24,000 nucleotides of DNA from Nitrosomonas cryotolerans ATCC 49181 (GTDB taxonomy: Bacteria > Pseudomonadota > Gammaproteobacteria > Burkholderiales > Nitrosomonadaceae): contig NZ_FSRO01000001.1 of assembly GCF_900143275.1 (NCBI RefSeq), positions 1,420,116-1,444,115 on the forward strand. The letters run 5' to 3'. Of this stretch, positions 15,851-23,378 are shown one piece after another. A program made the translations under genes and the position numbers. The first letter of the stretch is position 1. Each line of letters begins with the position of its first letter. The notes under the pieces were generated by a model. It ran no database searches, had not been told where the DNA came from, and saw only the letters and a list, made by a program, of their open reading frames with translations.

Positions 15851-15912
15851 GTGCGTCCGGGTTGGATTCGTTGAATTGGGAATCCCCTTCGTTTACGGAG
15901 GGGAGCAGTCAA
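15760..15912 (+). ncRNA. Predicted omega/right-end guide RNA scaffold of the TnpB at 14711..15850
   Basis: It covers the 3' end of tnpB plus the RE. A terminal hairpin CCCCTTCG-TTTA-CGGAGGGG (one G-U pair) is followed by AGCAGTCAA. The 5' limit is a guess. The presumptive guide is the flank CTATAGCCCGGTATCAATAG (15913..15932). Confidence 0.4.
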
Positions 15913-15932
15913 CTATAGCCCGGTATCAATAG

Positions 15933-16021
15933 GAGACTTTTGCAAAAGTCCTCGCCAGAAGTTTTCGACTATTGATTATAAAGGGTTAATTTTTTAACTA
16001 TTGGGGTTTTGCAAAGGTCTC
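15933..16021 (-). mobile_element. MITE-like repeat, copy B (89 bp), with 5-bp direct flanks AATAG
   Basis: Its reverse complement is collinear with copies A and C. AATAG at 15928..15932 is repeated at 16022..16026. It interrupts IS6 transposase-derived sequence. Confidence 0.6.
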
Positions 16022-16222
16022 AATAGATCCATTTCCGGCACATAATGCTGAGCCCAGCGTTGCATGATCTACTTCAAATCCCCGTTCCAACATCATTTCT
16101 TCCGATTCACGATAGCTCATCCCGTATTTGCAGTACACCTAACACAATCCAGGATTGCACTGCCCGGGTAATGTCGCTATTTGAGATCGGACATTGATGA
16201 ATTATCTTGAAAAACCGTCGTG
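16022..16222 (-). mobile_element. IS6-family remnant, 5' piece (inverted orientation)
   Basis: The reverse complement reads ATGTCCGATCTCAAATAGCG..GTACTGCAAATACGGGATGAGCTATCGTGAATCGGAAGAAATGATGTTGGAACGGGGATTTGAAGTAGATCAT..GCTCAGCATTATGTGCCGGAAATGGA, parallel to 4549..4715. The left IR is not recognisable. The outer boundary (about 16200-16222) is approximate. Confidence 0.65.
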
Positions 16223-16470
16223 AACGCAAAGCAACATGGGATGAAACGAACAACCCTGAAAGTTACTGTCGAAAATTCACCTACGAAGCGTTGATCGCAC
16301 GGGATGAAACCAATCTTGATCTGTTCTGGCTGAAAGATAAAAACCCGACTGATCTCGAGAATTTGCCTGAGCCGGATGAATTAGCTGAAGAGATTATCGA
16401 AAATCTCGAAGCGGGTTTAAATTATTTTCGGGAAATTTTTCGGGAAATGCTGGTTGGACTGAACCGTTAA
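16207..16470 (+). pseudogene. hsdM: C-terminal remnant of a type I restriction-modification methyltransferase subunit (HsdM), 5'-truncated at the IS6 fragment
   Basis: ..NRRERKATWDETNNPESYCRKFTYEALIARDETNLDLFWLKDKNPTDLENLPEPDELAEEIIENLEAGLNYFREI matches the HsdM tail pattern as I remember it (NRxERxxTW..RxFxYxE(L/I)xxRDxxxLD(I/L)FWLKD..LPxPxxLAxEIxExLExAL). Only about 85 codons remain. Confidence 0.7.
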
Positions 16471-16710
16471 CCGGTTGCAGCAATGAATTATTGAGGCAGG
16501 GAAAATCGTGTTGATTTTCTCGGAAAGGTGAAGGTATTTTGGCACGGAATTGTGGATGATTGTTTTCTGCTGTTCCGTTTTATTTTTGTGTTGTGGCCAG
16601 ATAAAAAGGGAGTCGGCAGCCATCAATTCGTGAAGAGCCGGGTGTGGATTTTGTGCGATGCCGTGTTCTGATTTTTTCCTGCGATTGATTATGCGATATC
16701 AGCTCGAATT

Positions 16711-16745
16711 TTATCCACAGTTCCTGTGGATAAGTTTGTGGATAG
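16711..16745. promoter_or_regulatory. Tight cluster of three DnaA boxes
   Basis: TTATCCACA (16711..16719, + strand, perfect). TGTGGATAA (16725..16733, perfect on the - strand). TGTGGATAG (16737..16745, which is CTATCCACA on the - strand, 8/9). The first two form the perfect palindrome TTATCCACAG-TTC-CTGTGGATAA. Confidence 0.7.
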
Positions 16746-16779
16746 TTTGTAAATTACGCTATTAACCTGCCATGCTATA

Positions 16780-16860
16780 ACGATATTTTATAGTTTGCCT
16801 AATTTTTATACGTTTAATTATTTTTTATAAAACATATACTTGCAATAATTGCAAGCATTT
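16780..16860. other. AT-rich tract with spaced TTTTATA repeats (candidate DNA-unwinding element)
   Basis: TTTTATA occurs at 16786..16792, 16804..16810 and 16823..16829, spaced 18-19 bp apart. The palindrome CTTGCAAT-A-ATTGCAAG lies at 16839..16855. The tract is flanked by DnaA boxes on both sides; the nearest on the right is TGTGGATTA at 16902..16910. Confidence 0.35.
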
Positions 16861-17117
16861 GTTTCAGTTTGATGTAAATTATCTTACAGTTCTATTGTGG
16901 TTGTGGATTATTCTGAATTGTCAAGCGTAAACTTCAAGTATTAAATGGTTGTAATGGACGGCTTGTTAGTGTAATTAATGGTCAATTACTGACAATATTC
17001 TGGAGTAATAATGCCTGATCAGAGGTGGGTTTTTGGGTGGGCTGTGTGCAAATCCGGTCTGCTTTTTTTTGGCCTGTTTCGAATCAGTTGCGTTACATTA
17101 ATCATGGAGAATGGGTG

Positions 17118-17507
17118 ATGACAGATGAAACGATTTTGCTGGCGGTAAATGGCACATTAATGCGTGGCCTGGTGCTGAATAAGAACCTGACCGACGTCGG
17201 GGCCACATTTGTGCGTGAGGATGCCACATCCGGTGAATATCGCCTTTATACGATCGGCGACATTCATCCGGCGATGCAGCGGGTAGCGGATGACGGTAGA
17301 TCGATTGAGCTTGAATTATGGGCGGTACCCATGCCGGGCTTGATTTCCGTATTGCTCGGTGAACCTGCCGGACTGTGCATCGGTAAAATTGAGCTGGCAA
17401 ATGGCACCATGGTTCTCGGTGTGCTTGGGGAAGGGCTGCTCTGCGCAGAAGGTAAAGATATTACAGACTATGGTGGTTGGCGCGCCTATATTCGTAGCGG
17501 GCTATGA
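17118..17507 (+). CDS. Small protein resembling the C-terminal domain of allophanate hydrolase (gamma-glutamylcyclotransferase-like fold)
   Basis: The likely start is ATG 17118, with GGAGA 8 nt upstream; the listed ORF begins earlier at 17025. LLAVNGTLMRGL..L..GATFVRE..T...YRLY..G..PAM..V..GG..IELELWAVP...L..LL..EPAGLCIGKIEL.NG..VLGVL.E..L....KDIT.YGGWRAY parallels the AH C-terminal domain as I remember it. Confidence 0.6.
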   Translation: MTDETILLAVNGTLMRGLVLNKNLTDVGATFVREDATSGEYRLYTIGDIHPAMQRVADDGRSIELELWAVPMPGLISVLLGEPAGLCIGKIELANGTMVLGVLGEGLLCAEGKDITDYGGWRAYIRSGL

Positions 17508-17564
17508 ACGATGTAACAGAAAAGCGGGGTGCGCCCTTTAGGGAGAGGCGGGTAGGAAAATAGC

Positions 17565-19031
17565 TTACAGCACTTTTTGTATCGCATTTTTCCATCCCTT
17601 GTAAAGTGCTGCCCGTTGTGTTGCATCCATTTGTGGTGCATAGCGCCGTGCTGCCGACCAGTGGCCGGCAATATCGCTCAGCCCATTGAAAACACCGGCC
17701 TGTAATCCGGCTAATGCGGCTGCACCCCAGGCGGTAGATTCAGTGACTTGTGGAATTTCAATGGGTTTGTCCAACATGTCAGCCAAAAACTGGCAAACGA
17801 ATTCATTGGCGACCAGCCCACCGTCAATGCGGATAAACGATGGATCGACTCCGCTGTCGCGACACATGGCATCCATCAGATCACGTGTCTGGTAGCCTTG
17901 TGCTTCCAGTGCGGCTCGGGTGAGGTGGGCGGCTGTGCTTTCTCGCCCCAATCCGGTGATCAGTCCCCGTGCTGCGGGCTGCCAGTAAGGAGCACCGAGG
18001 CCGGTAAAGGCGGGAACGAAATAGACGCCGTTGTTATCGGCTACTGATAAAGCCAGTGCTTCACTCTCGGTTGCATCTGTGAACAGACCTAATCCGTCCC
18101 GTAGCCATTGCAGCGCCGCGCCAGCGATAAAAATAGATCCTTCCAGCACGTAGGTGACTTGTCCGTTCAGGCGGTAACCAACCGTGGTTAGCAGCCGATT
18201 CTGTGAACGCTTAAAGTGGGTGCCAATATTCATCAGTGCAAAACAGCCCGTACCATACGTAGATTTAATCATTCCTTCTTTGAAACAGGCTTGTCCGATG
18301 AGTGCTGCCTGCTGATCGCCGGCCATGCCGCCAATCATGAGAGGTTGTTGCAGTAGCGTGGTTTGTCCGAAATTGGCAGCATTATCCTTGACTTCTGGCA
18401 AGAGAGCGGCAGGAATATCCAGTAAAGCCAGTAGTTCTTTATCCCATTCCTGCGACTGAATATTGAATAACATCGTCCGCGCGGCATTGGAAGCATCAGT
18501 GGCATGCACCTGTCCTGCTGTGAGTCGCCAGAGCAGAAAGCAGTCAATGCTTCCAAAAGCGAGTGCCCCCTGTTCTGCCCGGGCACGCGCGCCTGTAACG
18601 TGATCAAGAATCCATGCAATTTTTGTGGCGGAAAAATAAGGATCAATCAATAGTCCGGTTTTTTCCGTGATGACTTTTTCATGGCCCTGCTCTTTCAAAC
18701 GGGCGCATCTATCCGCTGTACGGCGGTCCTGCCAGACAATTGCATTGTAGATGGGTTTTCCCGTTTTGCGATCCCAGATAATCGTGGTTTCACGTTGGTT
18801 GGTAATGCCGATGGCCGCGATATTCTCTTCACCGGTTTCTTCCAATACACTGCGACAGGCCCAAAGTGTGTCTTCCCAGATATCTTCCGGATCCTGTTCT
18901 ACCCAGCCGCGTTGGGGATAATGCAGGGTGAGCTCCTTTTGGCGCAGTGCCAGGATTTCTCCCTTGTTAGAAAATAAAATGGCCCGGGAGCTGGTTGTGC
19001 CCTGATCAATGGCCAGTAATGTTTTACTCAT
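17565..19031 (-). CDS. glpK: Glycerol kinase
   Basis: 488 aa. It has LAIDQGTTSSRAILF, GITNQRETTIIWD, WQDRRT, DPYFSATKIAWILDHV and the FGGY-family C-terminal half. It is collinear with GlpK over its full length. Confidence 0.95.
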   Translation of the reverse strand: MSKTLLAIDQGTTSSRAILFSNKGEILALRQKELTLHYPQRGWVEQDPEDIWEDTLWACRSVLEETGEENIAAIGITNQRETTIIWDRKTGKPIYNAIVWQDRRTADRCARLKEQGHEKVITEKTGLLIDPYFSATKIAWILDHVTGARARAEQGALAFGSIDCFLLWRLTAGQVHATDASNAARTMLFNIQSQEWDKELLALLDIPAALLPEVKDNAANFGQTTLLQQPLMIGGMAGDQQAALIGQACFKEGMIKSTYGTGCFALMNIGTHFKRSQNRLLTTVGYRLNGQVTYVLEGSIFIAGAALQWLRDGLGLFTDATESEALALSVADNNGVYFVPAFTGLGAPYWQPAARGLITGLGRESTAAHLTRAALEAQGYQTRDLMDAMCRDSGVDPSFIRIDGGLVANEFVCQFLADMLDKPIEIPQVTESTAWGAAALAGLQAGVFNGLSDIAGHWSAARRYAPQMDATQRAALYKGWKNAIQKVL

Positions 19032-19300
19032 CCTGCATAATCCTGTTTATAGGAACGATATTCACTTGAATACGCTGATAATCTGTCGGCATGCTGGATC
19101 ACTTGTTCAAATGATCGCATGCTTCGGGGTCTATTGTTTTTTAGTGGCGGTTGAAACTATCATTGCCGATCGCTTGCTTATCCACATTGCGCCCGGGTGT
19201 CACTTATACCGTATCTGAGTAAATGAACGCAGCATGATTGAATGATGATGCACGGGTTATGTTTTGTAAATACGCCGCCGTACCCGGAGTTGCCAAATGG

Positions 19301-20137
19301 CTAGTTTTTAATATCCGATATGCTCAGCATTTGCTCGGCTGCTTTGATCACTTTTGGATCCAGCGGCTTCGGAATGATATCAACGTCTTTTTCCAGGTGA
19401 GCGCAAATAATTTCTAATGTTTGTATGCGAGTGTACCATTTTCTATTGGCAGCAATTAAATGCCAGGCGGCAATATTGGTAGTGGTTTGTTTGAACATAT
19501 CATTGATGGCTTTTTCATAATCTTTCCATCTCAGGCGATTCCGGAAATCCTCTTCGGTCACTTTCCAGCGTTTGTAAGGATTATGCAATCGTTCATATAA
19601 GCGTTGCAATTGTTCTTCGGGTGTAATATGTAGAAAGATTTTAATAATGCAGACGCCATCATCAGATAGCAGGCGTTCAAATTCATTGATTTCGTAATAG
19701 GCCCGTTGCCACTCTTTATTGCTGATCAGCTCTTCGACTCTTTCAACCAGTACCCGGCCATAATAAGAACGATCGAATATGGTCATAGACCCGGCCTTGG
19801 GCAATTCTTTTTGGAAGCGATATAAATAATGCCGGCTTTGTTCATCCGGCTTTGGAGCAGAAATCGGAATGACACGATAACCACGTGGGTCCAGTTTCTC
19901 AGTTAGTCTGCGGATTACACCGCCTTTCCCGCTGGCATCCCAGCCTTCAAAAATAATAATGGCCCGTTTATTTTGATGGTAATAAGCCTGCTGGATATGT
20001 GAAATGCGTTCCTGTAATTTATTCAGTTTGCGCCGATAGATTGCTTTACTTTCCATTGCTGAGCCTTCGAAATCAGCATCGGCTAATTGAATGGTATTTT
20101 TTAAAATCTGGATAGCGGTGGGTTTATGCATTGTCAC
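19301..20137 (-). CDS. ppk2: Polyphosphate kinase 2 (PPK2) family protein
   Basis: It has the Walker-A-like IIFEGWDASGKGG, FDRSYYGRVLVERV, and the lid-region WK..YE pattern typical of single-domain PPK2. The start is GTG 20137 or ATG 20131. Confidence 0.9.
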   Translation of the reverse strand: MTMHKPTAIQILKNTIQLADADFEGSAMESKAIYRRKLNKLQERISHIQQAYYHQNKRAIIIFEGWDASGKGGVIRRLTEKLDPRGYRVIPISAPKPDEQSRHYLYRFQKELPKAGSMTIFDRSYYGRVLVERVEELISNKEWQRAYYEINEFERLLSDDGVCIIKIFLHITPEEQLQRLYERLHNPYKRWKVTEEDFRNRLRWKDYEKAINDMFKQTTTNIAAWHLIAANRKWYTRIQTLEIICAHLEKDVDIIPKPLDPKVIKAAEQMLSISDIKN

Positions 20138-20617
20138 AGTCTATCACTCGGTGTAGATGGAATCGACCCGATAAACACGATTATCAAGGGCTGTTTAAAT
20201 GGTGACAAAGCAGATCAACCGGCGTTTGCCAATGGGATCTCTGCGTTCGATAAATATGTTGAGAGGCGGGCTGGAATGGATGTGCTGGCACATGTCTTGT
20301 ACAATCATGGCTCAGTGATTGATTGCTGACAGGAATCATTGTCAGATTACTTTTTTGTCCTGAATCAGCATCCTATCCAAGGTTTATTTTTGTATCTGCA
20401 ATTCAATTGTCCCTTGATACGAGACAATCTGATTCGAATTCTGGCGCTTATCTTGTCTGTATTTCATGGGTATGATGTTAAAACAGGTGTTAGTAGTTGT
20501 TAATGAAGCATGCCACTGTGAATCTGAGAGAATAGGTTATTGGAGCGTTGTGATTTCAAAGAAAAGATTATATCTGCATCTGTAATGGTAAATTTTCAAT
20601 AAAAAGGGATTAAGGTA

Positions 20618-21850
20618 ATGCATCGTCACATGAGACAGTACATAAGCATAATATTGTTAATATCGGCTTTGTTATTTGCGTGCTCAGCAGCGCAGGCTGA
20701 TGCGGTGACTGATTGGAACCGTATTGCAGGGGATGCTGTTGTGAATGCCGGATTGGGACCGCTTCCCGCCGACCGAGTGCTGGCAATTGCCTCTACAGCA
20801 GTATATGAAGCAACAAATGCGATTACCCAGCGTTATCCAGTAAGTGACTTAGAATTGAAAGCAGTATCAGATGCCTCAGTGGATGCGGCCATTGCGGCTG
20901 CTAATCGTAGGGTACTGGCGGAGCTGGTGCCCAGCCAGCAAGCAGTGATTATTGCTGCTTATCAGGCAGCGCTGGCCAAAATACCGGATAGTTCAATGAA
21001 AGCCGGTGGCATCACAGCAGGTGAAGAAGCCGCGCGGTTAATATTGGCAATGCGTGCAAACGATGGTTCTGAGGCAGATGAACAATACCGCCCTTATACT
21101 ACTCCGGGTAGTTATGTGCCGACGGTTATTCCAGAAGCACCGTATTGGGGAGGCATGCAACCTTGGTTGATGACTGGTGCAGATCAATTCCGCCCCGGTC
21201 CGCCACCGGCGCTGACGAGTGAGCGATGGGCGCGCGATTACGATGAGGTAAAGAACCTGGGTGGCAAGAACAGTACACACCGCACGATAGAGCAGACCGA
21301 CATTGCCCGTTTCTGGGAAGAAGTCATGCCGCCAATCTATCATGGCATCGTACGTTCTGTTGCCGAGAGTCCTGGACGTGAAGTGACACAGAACGCGCGT
21401 TTATTTGCCGCTGTGACTCAGGCAACCAACGATGCTTTGATTGCGGTATTTGATGCCAAATACCATTATAATTTCTGGCGGCCTGTTACTGCAATCCGTA
21501 ACGGTGATACTGATGGTAATGAGGCCACGCAACGGGATTCATCCTGGTTGCCATACATTGAGACGCCGATGCATCCTGAATACCCTTGTGCACATTGTAT
21601 TGTTTCAGGAACGGTTGGTGCGATACTGCAGGCAGAGATTGGATCGAGGCCGGCCCCGATTTTAACCACGACCAGCCAGGCTGCAGGTGGTCTAGTGCGC
21701 AGTTGGAGAACCGTTGATGATTTTACTCGGGAGGTGATTGATGCCCGTATTTACGATGGTGTGCATTATCGTAATTCTGGAGAGATTGGTAGTGCTATGG
21801 GTAAACAGATCGCTAATCTTGCGATAATGAAATATCTGCAGCCTGAATAG
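20618..21850 (+). CDS. Secreted PAP2-superfamily protein, vanadium-haloperoxidase/acid-phosphatase-like
   Basis: The signal peptide is ..ILLISALLFACSAAQA. The PAP2 signature is present in order: KYHYNFWRP (Kx6RP), HPEYPCAH (in place of PSGH), and ARIYDGVHYRNS (Rx5Hx3[D/S]). Confidence 0.75.
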   Translation: MHRHMRQYISIILLISALLFACSAAQADAVTDWNRIAGDAVVNAGLGPLPADRVLAIASTAVYEATNAITQRYPVSDLELKAVSDASVDAAIAAANRRVLAELVPSQQAVIIAAYQAALAKIPDSSMKAGGITAGEEAARLILAMRANDGSEADEQYRPYTTPGSYVPTVIPEAPYWGGMQPWLMTGADQFRPGPPPALTSERWARDYDEVKNLGGKNSTHRTIEQTDIARFWEEVMPPIYHGIVRSVAESPGREVTQNARLFAAVTQATNDALIAVFDAKYHYNFWRPVTAIRNGDTDGNEATQRDSSWLPYIETPMHPEYPCAHCIVSGTVGAILQAEIGSRPAPILTTTSQAAGGLVRSWRTVDDFTREVIDARIYDGVHYRNSGEIGSAMGKQIANLAIMKYLQPE

Positions 21851-22624
21851 GATGGGTAGAAACAAACGTGTAAGACTGCTGCATAACTGTATTTTTGAGC
21901 TTTTCTGATTACTTACAGCATTGATAAATCAAACACTTAAAAATCTTGCCCAGCCCGAGATAACCAGTTATACAGCGGTCTTTGTGCGTTTTAGCTGATA
22001 TATTTCACATTCGCTGTATGCCTGTAATCTGGATGCTCCCTATCAGCTGGTAGACGCCGGCTTCATCAGGTCGCTAGTCTGCTAGCTTTGATAGTGTTTT
22101 CTGTCTGAATTTGATTCTGTATGCGTTTGACTGGTTATGGTGAAGCCGTTCGGCAATGCGGTCTATTGCCACAACGTAAAGATCGTAGTATCGTGCGCAA
22201 CGCATTGATAGCGGTTTTGCGAAGCAGAATATCAGCCGTGTAAATGATTGTGTTTGATGAGAGTGGTTAATTACGCTAGCTAAAAAACAGTTTTCTTACG
22301 TGAATTTTGCTGCAGTGGTCGTTGAAGAATGAAAGTGGCAGTGTGAAAGTGATGACGATCATTCATGCTAAAAAAAAGATAATTTAATTACCATTAGCGA
22401 TCAAATTATTAGATAATTACTTTTATTGTCAAGCCAGTGTGAATTTATGCTTGGCAAGTTCTGGTACATAAAGAATGCGATGATAATGTTTTTTGTGCCT
22501 GTATGTATGCCCACTTTTAGTCAAGAGACGGCAATGCCGTTTATGGTACACTAGATTTATGACTGGAAGTCATTTAGATTTAAAAACAGTTTAATTATTA
22601 TCAAATTTAACAAAGGAGTTAAAA

Positions 22625-22876
22625 ATGAGTAAGTTTCTTATCGCTGCCTGCACTGCAATGTTTGTGTTCAGTTCAGCTGGTGTAATGGCAAGTGGAAATT
22701 TATCTTCTAGCGCAGAACCAATGACTGCTCAGGAAATCTTGAATAAAATGGCTTGCGCCGACAAAAAGCCAAGTGACAAAATCAAGGATCGTATTGATGG
22801 CAAAATGGTGACGTGTAAAGATACCGTGAAGAGCAGCGGTGACAAAGCCAAAAAATCTTCAGGCGGCGGATACTAA
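22625..22876 (+). CDS. Small secreted Lys-rich hypothetical protein (83 aa)
   Basis: A strong SD (AAGGAG) lies 6 nt upstream. The signal peptide is MSKFLIAACTAMFVFSSAGVMA. I recognise no family. Confidence 0.55.
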   Translation: MSKFLIAACTAMFVFSSAGVMASGNLSSSAEPMTAQEILNKMACADKKPSDKIKDRIDGKMVTCKDTVKSSGDKAKKSSGGGY

Positions 22877-23256
22877 ATACAACAGTAATATGGTCGGGCT
22901 TAGTGGTGAGCCATCTTGTTTTACTGATGTATTTATGATTGGTTGGACGATGCTACCGCTATAGACCTGGCCGAATACCTGTGTTACATGAACAGTAATA
23001 TTTGAATGTAGAAATTTTTGAATCGGAGTCAAAGCGTTTTTTAAGTTTGTTATTCTTGTTCTCTTTCTTGTTTTTCTTTCTATTCCTCGGAACGCTGATT
23101 AAGTATCGGATGCATAAATCCGATAGAAGTATCGATAAAAGTAGATTAGATACCGCTTCTTAAGATCACTGTTTAGCCCGTTTTTATACCTTTCGATATA
23201 TATTTTCCTACGCTTCAGTATCTGTTTTCCCATTTTTCTGGCTTCATAGATAATTC

Positions 23257-23345
23257 GAGGCCTTTGCAAAAGCCCAATAGTTGAAAAATTAATCATTTAT
23301 AATCAACACTCGAAAACTTCCGGCGAGGGCTTTTGCAAAAGTCCC
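23257..23345 (+). mobile_element. MITE-like repeat, copy C (89 bp)
   Basis: GAGGCCTTTGCAAAAGCCCAATAGTTGAAAAATTAATCATTTATAATCAAC..GGCGAGGGCTTTTGCAAAAGTCCC. The 19-bp terminal inverted repeat has 3 mismatches. It ends 33 bp upstream of the next gene's ATG. Confidence 0.6.
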
Positions 23346-23378
23346 AATGTATATGCTATTTGAGCTTGGAGGATGTGT

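Larger units (their letters stand above)
14621..15912 (+). mobile_element. IS200/IS605-family tnpB-only element (copy 2, complete)
   Basis: The right end is fixed at 15912 by the identity break with copy 1. The left end is approximate: IS6-derived flank sequence stops at CCGG (14621..14624). A subterminal hairpin CCCCGG-TCTTAAGG-CCGGGG lies at about 14629..14648. No tnpA is present. Confidence 0.8.

Noticed and set aside
20126-20355. The 67-aa ORF overlapping the ppk2 start, followed by the hairpin CTGACA-N8-TGTCAG and a T-run (20330..20356). Possibly a small gene or sRNA with a terminator.
   Set aside because: There is no convincing SD. The stem is only 6 bp with a 5-nt gap before the Ts, and there are no family motifs. 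Left uncalled.
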